A stretch of 64,000 bases of DNA from positions 51,485 through 115,484 of the forward strand of contig JBBAPZ010000007.1 of the NCBI GenBank assembly GCA_040400605.1, given 5' to 3'. Within the stretch, counting starts at the first letter, position 1. Every line of letters starts with the position of its first letter. A model generated the notes under the pieces. The model searched no databases and was not told the origin of the DNA. It worked only from the letters and a program-made list of their open reading frames with translations. Made by a program: the position numbers and the translations under genes. This document shows, piece by piece, positions 18,584-28,380 of this stretch. The stretch is from Candidatus Sericytochromatia bacterium (GTDB lineage Bacteria; Cyanobacteriota; Sericytochromatia; S15B-MN24; JAQBPE01).

Positions 18584-19916
18584 TCGATTTGTAAACACGC
18601 CCGCGCTCCTCATAATTTTTAAACATATCAAAGCTTGTGCAAGCTGGCGAGAACAAAACCACCTCGCCCGAGTGAGCGATCGCACGAGCCAGGTTGACGG
18701 CGTGCGGCAAGTCCGTGGCCACACTCACGGCCGTATACCCCACATTGTGCAACATCCGCTCGAAGTAAGGTCCCGCCTCACCCAGCAAAATGGTGTGTCG
18801 AACCTTTCGAACCACGGCGTCCAGAAAATCATTGATGGCACCGCCTTTGTCGCGCCCGCCCGCAATCAGGACCAAAGGCTCGTCAAACGCCTCGATTGCC
18901 TTGACCGTGCTGGCATAATTCGTCCCTTTGCTGTCATTGACATACAAAACACCATTGAGCGCACGAACCGGCTCAATGCGATGCTCAACCCCCCTGAATG
19001 CAGCGATCGCCCGGCGCATCGGCCCAGCCAATACCTTTAGAATCACGCCGACACACACCGAGGCCAAAACATTTTCCAGATTGTGACGACCGCGCAAGGG
19101 TATCTCATTGACGGGCATGACCGTCTGATCACCCTGTGCGGTACGGTGAATAATCCAACCATCCTTGATCATCACCCCAGCTGGTAAATCACGTTGCGCA
19201 GAAAAATAAAGCACCCGCGCAGGAACCATCCCTGCAAGACCCGCCACCGTTGGATCATCCGCATTCAATATGACCCAATCGTCAGCACGTTGCTGTTCAA
19301 AAAGGCGCCGCTTCGTCGCCAGGTACTGTTCCCTGGAACCATGACGATCCAGATGGTCATCTGAGAAATTCAAGAACACCCCGATCTTTGGCCGAAAATG
19401 ACGCACGGTTTCCAACTGGAATGAGCTGATCTCAGCAACAACCCAATCAGCCGGCGCGTGTACCAAAGACACCAAAGGCAGTCCGATGTTACCGCCTACC
19501 GGCGCTTTCAACCCAGCTGACGCCAATATCTCACCAATCAAGGTGGTGGTGGTCGTCTTTCCGTTGGTGCCAGTGATGGCGATGATTGGCACGTCCGGTC
19601 GCAAGTGAAAGGCAAGCTCCACTTCCCCAATCACCGGCACCCCATCCGCTATTGCGGCCTGTATGATCGGCAAATTAACCGATACACCCGGCGACATGAC
19701 AATCAGGTCCGCATCCAGGCACGCTGAAGAATGACCCCCGCCCTCGACACGCACCCGCTGCTCGCTCAAATGGGCCGTCAAGGACAGCAGCTCCTCGGTC
19801 GGCCGACTGTCACTCAAAATCAGATCACAACCTGCATTCAACAACTCCTGAGCACACGCGAGGCCGCTGCGCCCCAACCCCAGGATGGTTACGGTCTTTT
19901 GTCTCAGTTCCAACAC
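18561..19916 (-). CDS. murD: UDP-MurNAc-L-Ala--D-glutamate ligase
   Basis: GLGRSG, ITGTNGKTTTT, EISSFQL, DHLDRH, NDSKGTN, SPACTSFDMF. Confidence 0.97.
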   Translation of the reverse strand: MLELRQKTVTILGLGRSGLACAQELLNAGCDLILSDSRPTEELLSLTAHLSEQRVRVEGGGHSSACLDADLIVMSPGVSVNLPIIQAAIADGVPVIGEVELAFHLRPDVPIIAITGTNGKTTTTTLIGEILASAGLKAPVGGNIGLPLVSLVHAPADWVVAEISSFQLETVRHFRPKIGVFLNFSDDHLDRHGSREQYLATKRRLFEQQRADDWVILNADDPTVAGLAGMVPARVLYFSAQRDLPAGVMIKDGWIIHRTAQGDQTVMPVNEIPLRGRHNLENVLASVCVGVILKVLAGPMRRAIAAFRGVEHRIEPVRALNGVLYVNDSKGTNYASTVKAIEAFDEPLVLIAGGRDKGGAINDFLDAVVRKVRHTILLGEAGPYFERMLHNVGYTAVSVATDLPHAVNLARAIAHSGEVVLFSPACTSFDMFKNYEERGRVYKSIVQELPR

Positions 19917-20006
19917 GAAAGCTCTCGAACTCCCTCAATTGTGGGTCACCCGATGCATCATCCTACGTCGACATCCCCGCGACAGTGACGGCCATCATCC
20001 GCTTCG

Positions 20007-20969
20007 TCAAAAACATAACACAGCCAGAAGGGCTACGACGAGCCCAGTAAGCCAAAATCTCGTCACAACGCGGGTTTCAGGCATGCCTCCCAGCTCAAAA
20101 TGATGATGAATCGGGCTCATCCGCAGCAGCCGTTTCCCCCCGGTTCGTTTAAAGTATGTCACCTGCGCCATAACAGACACTGTCTCGACAACAAAAACAG
20201 CCCCGAACACAATCAATGACAGCTCCAGATGACCGAGCACCGACGCGCCACCCAACAAGGCGCCTAAACCCAGTGAACCGGTGTCTCCCATGAAAATCTG
20301 GGCAGGGTGTCCGTTGTACCACATAAACGCTGCCGCAGCGCCCAGCGCCGCAAACAACACGACCAAAACCCCCTCTGACACCCCCACCTGATGCAACAAT
20401 GCCAAAAGGGCGAGCATGGCAATAAACGACGTGCCCGTCGCCAACCCATCCAATCCATCGGTCAAATTGACGGCATTGGCCGAACCCACCATGAGCACGG
20501 TCACAAGCCCGTAATAGAACCACCCCAAATCAACCAACGCCATCCCACCGCTAAAAGGCAGGCGCACCTGCGTGGCATGTCCCAAATACATCAACCCCGT
20601 TACAAAAAAGAGGGCCACACAAAACTGACCCACCAGTTTCTTGTGTGGTGCAAGCCCCCGGTTGCTCTGTCTTTTCACGATCAGAAAGTCATCCAGCCAA
20701 CCCAATAACGTGAAACCCAAAACCACCGCCACCAACAACGCTGTGGCGCCATCCATCCTGCCAACGACAACGGGGGCCAACAACGGCGGCGCAAGTAGCA
20801 ACCACCCCCCCATACTCGGTGTGCCTGCCTTGCGTTGATGTGTCTGTGGTCCCTCTGTACGGACCACCTGCCCCATGCGCCAACGCACCATCCAGGCAAT
20901 GTATGGCCGCCCGAGCAAAAGACCGGCAACCAATGACGTCAGCATCACCCACAGCAACCAGGCCTTCAT
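20007..20969 (-). CDS. mraY: Phospho-N-acetylmuramoyl-pentapeptide transferase
   Basis: KAGTPSMGG, NAVNLTDGLDGL, FMGDTGS, PIHHHFEL. Confidence 0.97.
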   Translation of the reverse strand: MKAWLLWVMLTSLVAGLLLGRPYIAWMVRWRMGQVVRTEGPQTHQRKAGTPSMGGWLLLAPPLLAPVVVGRMDGATALLVAVVLGFTLLGWLDDFLIVKRQSNRGLAPHKKLVGQFCVALFFVTGLMYLGHATQVRLPFSGGMALVDLGWFYYGLVTVLMVGSANAVNLTDGLDGLATGTSFIAMLALLALLHQVGVSEGVLVVLFAALGAAAAFMWYNGHPAQIFMGDTGSLGLGALLGGASVLGHLELSLIVFGAVFVVETVSVMAQVTYFKRTGGKRLLRMSPIHHHFELGGMPETRVVTRFWLTGLVVALLAVLCF

Positions 20970-20973
20970 TGCT

Positions 20974-22386
20974 TCAAATCCTCACGTGCGCTTCCAGGTA
21001 CGCCAGTATTCGCTCAAACCTCGCTGCTCGTGATGCCTTCATAAACACCCGATCCTGAGGTTTAATCCATTCCTTGAGCCACCGGGCCGCTTCTTCGCAA
21101 TCAGGGACGACAATCCCGGTTACCCCGCTTGCCAGATACAAGCGCGCCCACGTGCCGCAAGCAAGCACCAAAGGAATTTCCTGCCCCTTTAACCAGGCTC
21201 CCAATTCGTGATGCGCTTGCTCTGTCATGGCACCCAATTCCGCCATGTCGCCCAGGACCAGGACACGCCTTCCCTCACACGGGCTTGCCATAAAAGCCCG
21301 TATCGCCTGACGCATGCTGTCGGGATTCGCGTTGTAGGTTTCATCCATGACCGACACCGTCCCGAACCGCACCCAACGCGATCGCCCCGCCATCACCGAG
21401 GGTGTCAACGTAAGCGTCGACGGAGGCGTCAGACCAAGCGCCAATCCGGTCGCCAATGCCGCCAATGCATTTCCCCGATGGTGATCACCCCACAATGGCA
21501 GCTGCACCACAGCACTCCCAGCGGCAGAGCAGGCGCCAAACCCGCGCCAATGGGCGACAAAACACTGTCCCTCACCCACCGCTGACACATCGCTGGCCCA
21601 CACCGTGGCGTCTGAATCACCCAAACTCCAAGACACGAACAATCTACCCCAGGTCTGCACAGCGGCACGCGCCAGGTGATCATCCCAAGGCACAACTGCA
21701 ATGCCTTCCGACTTCAGATGCGTCCAAAGCTCCGCTTTTGCCCGAGCGATATTGGCCTGCGAACCCAACAGCTCAACATGTGCCAGCCCAATATTCGTGA
21801 TCACGCCGATCGTCGGCTCTGCAAGGTCGGCCAGATAAGCAATCTGGCCCAAACCCCGCATCCCCATCTCAATGATGGCGAGCTCATGGTGTGGACGCAG
21901 CGCAAGTAAACTTAACGGTACCCCCAGTTCATTGTTCTGATTGCCTTCGGTACGTGTCACACAATAAAACTGCCCCAAGTAGGCCGCTAACATTTCTTTG
22001 GTTGACGTCTTGCCCGACGAGCCGGTAACCCCGATGACCACGGTGCCAAGCGTTCGATGCCAAGCCCGGGCAATTTTTCCCAACGCCAAAACCGCGTCTG
22101 CAACCCGCAACACGGGAACGTCGGTTTCCAAAGTCAAAGAAACCCCGTGTTCGGCCAAAATCGCGGCAGCCCCGGCATCACAAGCAGCCTGGACATAGGC
22201 GTGACCGTCAACCCGTTGCCCACGAAGGCAGACAAAGAGATCGTGAGGTACAACACGACGCGAATCGATGGCCACCCCGCGAATGATTAGCTCGGACGCA
22301 CCATTCGCAATTTCACCATCGCAAGCTTCACCAAGCTGCCCAAGGGTCAACACGTGCAACCTCGTTTCGTCACCACGCGGGATCAT
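20974..22386 (-). CDS. murF: UDP-MurNAc-tripeptide--D-Ala-D-Ala ligase
   Basis: DSRR, DGH, VTGSSGKTSTKE, NNELGVP, YNANPDSM, LGDMAELG, KASR. Confidence 0.96.
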   Translation of the reverse strand: MIPRGDETRLHVLTLGQLGEACDGEIANGASELIIRGVAIDSRRVVPHDLFVCLRGQRVDGHAYVQAACDAGAAAILAEHGVSLTLETDVPVLRVADAVLALGKIARAWHRTLGTVVIGVTGSSGKTSTKEMLAAYLGQFYCVTRTEGNQNNELGVPLSLLALRPHHELAIIEMGMRGLGQIAYLADLAEPTIGVITNIGLAHVELLGSQANIARAKAELWTHLKSEGIAVVPWDDHLARAAVQTWGRLFVSWSLGDSDATVWASDVSAVGEGQCFVAHWRGFGACSAAGSAVVQLPLWGDHHRGNALAALATGLALGLTPPSTLTLTPSVMAGRSRWVRFGTVSVMDETYNANPDSMRQAIRAFMASPCEGRRVLVLGDMAELGAMTEQAHHELGAWLKGQEIPLVLACGTWARLYLASGVTGIVVPDCEEAARWLKEWIKPQDRVFMKASRAARFERILAYLEAHVRI

Positions 22387-22420
22387 AAAACACGCGATGA
22401 GCAGAAATCAGTGAGATCGA

Positions 22421-24166
22421 TCATGCGCCCGACGAGGCCTTTTTGGATGGACGAGGTCGTACCGGCACAGTGGGCTGAATCGACAAATGATGCAAGGTGT
22501 CCGCGGCAATTCGGCCAAACAAAGGCGCAGCCGTAGAACTGGCCCAATGCACCTTTCTCGGACTGTCCAGCAACGTCAGCATCACAAAACGGGGATCCTC
22601 AACCGGAAAAAATCCCACAAACGAGGCAATCACATCATCCGAGTAGCCACGGCCATCTTCGCGAATGCGCTGCGCCGTGCCAGTTTTCCCAGCGATACGA
22701 TAACCGGGCACCTGTGCTTCACGCCCGGTTCCAATCTGAACCACGCGTTCCAACATCGCCATCACCGTATTGGCTGTCGCAACACTCATCAACTGCTTCC
22801 CCGGCTTCAAGGGGAACTCGCGCAAAACCCGTCCCTTGCTGTCCACAATTCGATCAATCAACCGCGGCGTCATACGCAAACCGCCATTACCAATCGCTGA
22901 CGCTGCCGATAAAATCTGCAAGGGCGTTACTGACAAACCGTGACCATACGATATCGTCGCTTGGGTGATACGCCGCCAGGGCAATGGCGGCAACAATGCC
23001 GCTGATTCACCTGAAATACCACTGCCCGTACGCGAGCCAAACCCCATCGATGCCAGATAATCACGGTGCTCCTGAGCCCTCAGGCGAAACGCGATCGCCG
23101 TTGTTCCCACATTCGAACTGACCTCCATAATCTCAAATGGCGTCAACACCCGACCAGACGCCGGTGCATCATGATCAGAAACGATACGCCCATCCACCTT
23201 GATCGCACGGGGACAATCAAATTCCTCATTCTCATTGATTCGCTGAGCGGCAATCGCTGCTGCTATCGTAAAAATCTTCATCGTCGAACCAGGCTCATAA
23301 ACATCCGTCACGGCCCAATTCTTGATGCGATTCCAATCGTAACGCCCAAACTGGTTGGGATCGTAAGTTGGAAGTGTCGAAAAAGCCAACAAATTACCGG
23401 TCTGCGGCTCCATCATAATCACCGCCCCACGCAATGCCCCGGACTCGGTGATGGCTTGCGCCAACGCACGGTCACAAATATGCTGCAGGTTTTCGTCGAT
23501 CGTTAACACCACCTGGGTACCATCCGACAGATATGCCTCCGTCTGCCCCTGCGCACCCTCACGCAAAATCTCCCGACCATAAGCATCCACTTCCACACGC
23601 AACTTCTGACGAGGCCCACGCAACACATCATCGAAGGCATGCTCGATGCCAGCAAGGCCTTGATTATCGACGCCAACAAAGCCAATCAAGGTGGCAGCCA
23701 ATTGTCCCTTGGGATACACCCGCCTCATTTCACTGACCATCCCCACGCCAGGTAACTGCAATGCCGCAATCCGCGGCCTTGCGGAAATCGGTGCCTGTCG
23801 CTTCAACCAACGAAAACGGGTACCCTTCAATTTGGCTACCAACGCCTGGACCGGCTCGTTCAAAATGGGTGACAGCGCTTCGGCAGTCCGTAGCGGATCA
23901 AAGTCACGCGCATCTTTCGGTGTCGCATAAACTGATACCGCCTCAACCGACACGGCCAACTCCTTGCCGTTGCGGTCAACGATCTCACCACGCAAGGCCG
24001 ACAAGTCGATGGTTTGCGTGCGCTGGGCGGCAGCCAACCGTGCCAACCGCTCACCCTGAATCACCTGTATGTAAAAAAGCCGAAGTAGCAACAACAACGC
24101 CACAAACAACAAAAACACCCACACAACCTCGGCCCGCTTACGAATAACCGCGTGTCGTGGGTTCAA
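22421..24166 (-). CDS. ftsI: Class B penicillin-binding protein (FtsI/PBP3-like)
   Basis: RGEIVDRNG, RVYP, EPGSTMK (SxxK), SSN, KTGT. Confidence 0.93.
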   Translation of the reverse strand: MNPRHAVIRKRAEVVWVFLLFVALLLLLRLFYIQVIQGERLARLAAAQRTQTIDLSALRGEIVDRNGKELAVSVEAVSVYATPKDARDFDPLRTAEALSPILNEPVQALVAKLKGTRFRWLKRQAPISARPRIAALQLPGVGMVSEMRRVYPKGQLAATLIGFVGVDNQGLAGIEHAFDDVLRGPRQKLRVEVDAYGREILREGAQGQTEAYLSDGTQVVLTIDENLQHICDRALAQAITESGALRGAVIMMEPQTGNLLAFSTLPTYDPNQFGRYDWNRIKNWAVTDVYEPGSTMKIFTIAAAIAAQRINENEEFDCPRAIKVDGRIVSDHDAPASGRVLTPFEIMEVSSNVGTTAIAFRLRAQEHRDYLASMGFGSRTGSGISGESAALLPPLPWRRITQATISYGHGLSVTPLQILSAASAIGNGGLRMTPRLIDRIVDSKGRVLREFPLKPGKQLMSVATANTVMAMLERVVQIGTGREAQVPGYRIAGKTGTAQRIREDGRGYSDDVIASFVGFFPVEDPRFVMLTLLDSPRKVHWASSTAAPLFGRIAADTLHHLSIQPTVPVRPRPSKKASSGA

Positions 24167-24167
24167 A

Positions 24168-24611
24168 TCAAAACGCCTCGTGGCAGAACAACTTCACGGC
24201 CGGCGCCGCCTCCACCCGCAAAGAAGCCGCTATAACAGGTTGCGGTAAAAAAACAATTTCGCTGGGTTGGTGCATGGACAAACGCGCAATCGCCTTCGAC
24301 TCAACACGCCCCGGGTTCTCCAGACTTGCCAGTTGAGAGCGCAACCCCTTGGTCTTTTGCTGAATCGCCTTGAGTTCCCGTTGCTGCGTCACCACCTGAT
24401 TTTCACGGATGACAGTGTGAACGTACAAAACGACAACCAAGCCCATCAATACGGCCAAACCAAACCACCACCAAGTCGGAATCGTGTGACGAACGCGTCT
24501 TCTCATGCCGGACAGCACACGCCATTGATTGGTCGCGTGGTGCGTTTCCACTGTTGATTTCAGCAACCTCGATTGACCCATGCCCCATCCTGTCTGTCTG
24601 AAAACCCTCAA
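24168..24611 (-). CDS. ftsL: FtsL-like cell division protein
   Basis: Single TM plus coiled coil ending LENPGRVESKA...L.M..P; lies between rsmH and ftsI. Confidence 0.75.
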   Translation of the reverse strand: MRVFRQTGWGMGQSRLLKSTVETHHATNQWRVLSGMRRRVRHTIPTWWWFGLAVLMGLVVVLYVHTVIRENQVVTQQRELKAIQQKTKGLRSQLASLENPGRVESKAIARLSMHQPSEIVFLPQPVIAASLRVEAAPAVKLFCHEAF

Positions 24612-25570
24612 CCAAGCCGTCGCGCAACCCTGAGTTTAGCACTCCTCGACCGCGGGTTGCAATTCCGCTCCGTCTGGTCAGCTACCAAAGGTTTCGGTGT
24701 CACGACGCTCAAGGTCGGTACTTCACCACAGGTACACACCGGCTGACGAGGCGGACACACACAACCTGTCTTGCAACGCCTGAAAAACTGCTTGACCAGG
24801 CGGTCCTCAAGTGAATGAAAACTGATCACCCCCAACCGACCACCGGGTTTGAGTTGAGCAACCGCCTGCGGCAAGACCCGCTCCAAAACACCCAATTCGT
24901 CATTCACCGCAATGCGAAGCGCTTGAAACACACGCGTAGCCGGGTGAATGCCCGACACATCCGGCGGAACCAACCGACGAACAAACTCCGCCAGTTCCAA
25001 GGTATGCTCGAACCACAATCCTTGTTCCCGACGCTGCACAATTGCCCGTGCAACACGACGGGCATAACGTTCTTCACCATCGCGGTGAAACAACGTGGCA
25101 AGCTCGCTTTCGGTCAATCGCAACAACAGTTGGTTGGCACTTTCACCCACAAACGGATTCATCCGCATATCAATCGGTCCCGCTTTCTGAAAACTGAAAC
25201 CGCGCGCCGCACAATCAAGCTGATGGGATGACACACCAAGATCCATCAAAACAACATCAAACAGGGGCAATTGCAGCGCACTCATCTGCGCAAAATTGAC
25301 CTGGTGCAAAGCAAACGGCAAGCCGAGTTGGCTCAATCGCTGTCGAGCAGCCTCAACGGCTTCGGCATCTTGATCCAAACCGTGCAAAAAACCGGTGGGG
25401 CCCACACACTCCGACAAAGCCACCGCATGCCCGGCGCCGCCAACCGTACAGTCCAGCACCCAATCGCCCGGCTGGGGATCCAGCGCGTCAAGCGTCTGGG
25501 CAATCAATACTGGCTGGTGCTGAAACACTTGCATACCGAGGTTGTACCCCATGCTGAACTGTGACGTCAT
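24608..25570 (-). CDS. rsmH: 16S rRNA m4C1402 methyltransferase (start may be ATG 25534)
   Basis: HQPVL, DCTVGGAGH, DLGVSS.QLD, RGFSF, HPATRVFQALRIAVN, SFHSLEDR, NPRSRSAKLR. Confidence 0.97.
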   Translation of the reverse strand: MTSQFSMGYNLGMQVFQHQPVLIAQTLDALDPQPGDWVLDCTVGGAGHAVALSECVGPTGFLHGLDQDAEAVEAARQRLSQLGLPFALHQVNFAQMSALQLPLFDVVLMDLGVSSHQLDCAARGFSFQKAGPIDMRMNPFVGESANQLLLRLTESELATLFHRDGEERYARRVARAIVQRREQGLWFEHTLELAEFVRRLVPPDVSGIHPATRVFQALRIAVNDELGVLERVLPQAVAQLKPGGRLGVISFHSLEDRLVKQFFRRCKTGCVCPPRQPVCTCGEVPTLSVVTPKPLVADQTERNCNPRSRSAKLRVARRLG

Positions 25571-25592
25571 CTACCCGTATCGTAACCGACAC

Positions 25593-25625
25593 GAGGCGGA
25601 CCTGCCACGAAAGCAAAGCCCGCCT
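25593..25625 (-). terminator. Hairpin immediately 3' of rnpB (possible terminator or processing signal)
   Basis: AGGCGG...CCGCCT inverted repeat; no strong U tract. Confidence 0.35.
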
Positions 25626-25627
25626 GG

Positions 25628-25979
25628 TGGTGGATCTGTAAGCCGAGTTCTGTCCCCTTCTTTCAAAGGGGGGTGATCATCTATCTGGGATACCCGTTAC
25701 CGAGTACCTCGTGCGACCTGACCCGGGGATCAGCGGGCCGCCTCAACTCCCCTGCTTGGTCTTGCTCCTGACGGGGTTTACCTAGCCAGCGAGTCACCCC
25801 GCTGCTGGTGGGCTCTTACCCCACCTTTGCACCCTTACCCGAATGGCGTTTGCCAGCAGGCGGTTTATTTCTGTGGCACTTTCCTCGGGGTTACCCCCAC
25901 TGGGCATTACCCAGCGTCAAGCCCTGCGGAGCTCGGACTTTCCTCAGCCACCATCGTGACCGCGACCACCCGAACCACG
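25628..25979 (-). ncRNA. rnpB: RNase P RNA, bacterial class A
   Basis: - strand carries GAGGAAAGTCCGAGCT, GAAAGTGCCACAGAAA, GGGTGCAAAGGTGGGGTAAGAGCCCACC, GGTAAACCCC..GAGCAAG and ACAGAACTCGGCTTA; the P4 strands are complementary (CCGAG/CTCGG). Confidence 0.96.
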
Positions 25980-25984
25980 TGTAG

Positions 25985-26014
25985 ATGTTATCACCGCCCA
26001 TCTGACGTGGTCAA
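25985..26014 (-). promoter_or_regulatory. Sigma70-type promoter of rnpB
   Basis: TTGACC-18 nt-TAACAT with TGn extension, about 6 nt upstream of the rnpB 5' end. Confidence 0.7.
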
Positions 26015-26063
26015 GAAACATCGTGCGTTGGCCCTGATTTCCCCGCCATCGTCACTCCCTCTT

Positions 26064-27161
26064 TCACCTGCTCGCCAGAGTCTGCAATGCCTGCTCGGAA
26101 CGAGCCTGCAACGACGGGAAATTCAAGCGTCTTGCCAAGTCGACGCACAATTCATGCGCATCCGGATCCGTCCCATCACGCTCAAGCGATTGCAAAACCA
26201 GTACCAAAGCCGCACGATGCTGTCCAAGGCGTGCCAGTACAATGGCTTTGACGTACCACGCACGGGCATTGTTTGGCTCCAGTACGACCGCCAAGGCCGC
26301 TTCGCGCCGTGCATCAGCATCACGTCGCATCTGCAGGAACGCTTCAGCCAAGCCCATATGGGCTTCGGCCAGGGTGTCATCCACTTTCAACACGGCTTCA
26401 TAGACGGATGCGGCTTCCAACCAGGCCTGCTCCCGCAAAAACAACGCACCCAAATTGCCCACGGCGGTCAAATCACCGTTGGAGATGCCCGCGGCGATGC
26501 GGTACTCACTGACGGCCTCTTGCGCAAAACCAAGGCAATCCAATGCAAAGCCGAGATTGTTGTGGGCCCAGTAATTAAGGGGCTCTTCCGCAATCACCTG
26601 CCTGAAGCGATCCGCCGCCTCACCCCACCGCTCCTGTTTCAGAAATGCCAAACCCAGGTTAAGCTGATACTGCGGTGCGGAAACCAACGCGATCGCCTGA
26701 CGATAGTATGCGATGGCACGCTCGAGAGATTGATTGCGATAATAAACATACCCCAGTCCGTTAAGTGCTGCCGCATCAAGCGGTTGTATCCGCAAGCTTC
26801 GCCGAAAGGCCAGTTCGGCTTCGGACCAGCGCTCGATTTCTGAAAACGCGACACCAATCTGGATCTGTACGTCGTGATCGCCCGGTGCCAAGAGCATTGA
26901 GCGCATCAAACAGGCCTCCGCACGCGACAGTGCACCCTCTGCGATCGCCTGACGGCCGCGTTCAAGCCACATCTGTCCCTCGGAGACACGGCCAGGCACA
27001 CAAAGACCATCAGCCAGCGCAGGCTCGGAAAAGAAGAGCCTGTGTCCCCCCAACAGGAGCACGGTCCCAATTAAAACGACGGCACGCAAACAAAAACCTC
27101 GCTGTTCGCTGACAAATGGGCCATGCCCACATACCCCGAAACGTTCAAACACTTCAATCAT
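26064..27161 (-). CDS. Tetratricopeptide repeat protein with N-terminal hydrophobic segment
   Basis: ALNGLGYVY, NLGLAF, AHNNLGFAL, AHMGLAE repeats. Confidence 0.85.
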   Translation of the reverse strand: MIEVFERFGVCGHGPFVSEQRGFCLRAVVLIGTVLLLGGHRLFFSEPALADGLCVPGRVSEGQMWLERGRQAIAEGALSRAEACLMRSMLLAPGDHDVQIQIGVAFSEIERWSEAELAFRRSLRIQPLDAAALNGLGYVYYRNQSLERAIAYYRQAIALVSAPQYQLNLGLAFLKQERWGEAADRFRQVIAEEPLNYWAHNNLGFALDCLGFAQEAVSEYRIAAGISNGDLTAVGNLGALFLREQAWLEAASVYEAVLKVDDTLAEAHMGLAEAFLQMRRDADARREAALAVVLEPNNARAWYVKAIVLARLGQHRAALVLVLQSLERDGTDPDAHELCVDLARRLNFPSLQARSEQALQTLASR

Positions 27162-27459
27162 CTTTTGTCGGAGCGCTCAAAAGGCCAGACCAATCAAATC
27201 GTCTCAAAGGCGCAACCTGGTCTTACCGATAAACACGAGGGTATTCCACAGTTCGTGGCGAAAAATCCTGAAAACCAAGTCATACACTTATTATGGAAAA
27301 TATTCGGTCCACCAGACGATCTGAAACACTTATCAGGCAGGGTACACTGAAACAAGCCGCCAAACAGCGTTTCAAGCACGTTTTGAATTGATGAAATGGC
27401 GAACAGGCGAAGGATCTCGCGCACCATTCCCGCTTTCGGGTCGCCTGCGCCACGTTCAG

Positions 27460-28380
27460 TCAACCCTTCACCGCGCCACTGGTGGCCCCGCCGATGAAAA
27501 ACCGCTGCAACGCCAGGAAAAATACCAAAATGGGTAAGACGGCCAATAGCAGCCCGGCAGCGATCAGACGCCAATTCGCGCTAAAGGTTCCTGCCAAATA
27601 GGCAAGCCCAACAGGCAGCGTATAAAGGCTTGGGTCTTTCAGCACAAGCAATGGCCACAAAAAATCGCCCCAAGAGCCAACAAAGGTGAAAATTGCCAAG
27701 GTGGCGAGCGCCGGTTTGGACAATGGCAACATGACCCGCCACCAGATATCGAAGGCAGATCCGCCGTCCATCACCACGGCCTCTTCCAATTCGCGCGGAA
27801 TCGCCTTGAATGCCTGTCGCATCAAAAAGATGCCAAAGGCGCTCACACTGGTGGGTATCACCAGCCACAAATACAGCCAGTAGGGGGAGTGCCACGCTTC
27901 AGGCATCACGCCAAGCAAACCCAAATGCAATTTGGTCACGAGCAAAAACAGTGGCACCATAATGACGGGGAATGGCACCATCATCGTCGATAACACCAAA
28001 TAGAACATGACGTATTTTCCCCTAAAATTCATTCTGGCCAACGGATAGGCGGCCAAACTGGCGAAAACCAGATTCAGCAAGACTGAGCCCGCCGCCACCA
28101 GGGCACTGTTGAACACGTAGCGACCAAAGGGTACCACCGACCAGACTGCCTCAAAATTGCCCAGAGTCGGTTCACTTGGCAGAAAACGCGGGGGATAGGC
28201 AAAAATGTTTTCCTGTCCCCCCTTTAATGCCGTCAGCAATAGCCATAAAAAAGGACCGACCGTCACAAGCGCCATGACGACGAGGCTGGAGTACAGCATA
28301 CCGATCCGAATGACCCGACCCAACATCAATGAAAGCCCCCCGCTCTTGTCGTTGCCCCTCGTGACGCGCGATGCGCTCAC
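27460..28380 (-). CDS. Carbohydrate ABC transporter permease (MalG-like); start GTG 28380 or ATG 28326
   Basis: PTLGNF, NS, AAYPLAR, IPRELEEAVVMDG (EAA loop), WGDFLWPL, GAVKG. Confidence 0.95.
   Translation of the reverse strand: MSASRVTRGNDKSGGLSLMLGRVIRIGMLYSSLVVMALVTVGPFLWLLLTALKGGQENIFAYPPRFLPSEPTLGNFEAVWSVVPFGRYVFNSALVAAGSVLLNLVFASLAAYPLARMNFRGKYVMFYLVLSTMMVPFPVIMVPLFLLVTKLHLGLLGVMPEAWHSPYWLYLWLVIPTSVSAFGIFLMRQAFKAIPRELEEAVVMDGGSAFDIWWRVMLPLSKPALATLAIFTFVGSWGDFLWPLLVLKDPSLYTLPVGLAYLAGTFSANWRLIAAGLLLAVLPILVFFLALQRFFIGGATSGAVKG

Noticed and set aside
25827..26843. 338-aa + strand ORF
   Set aside because: Antisense to the TPR gene and overlapping rnpB; no recognisable motifs
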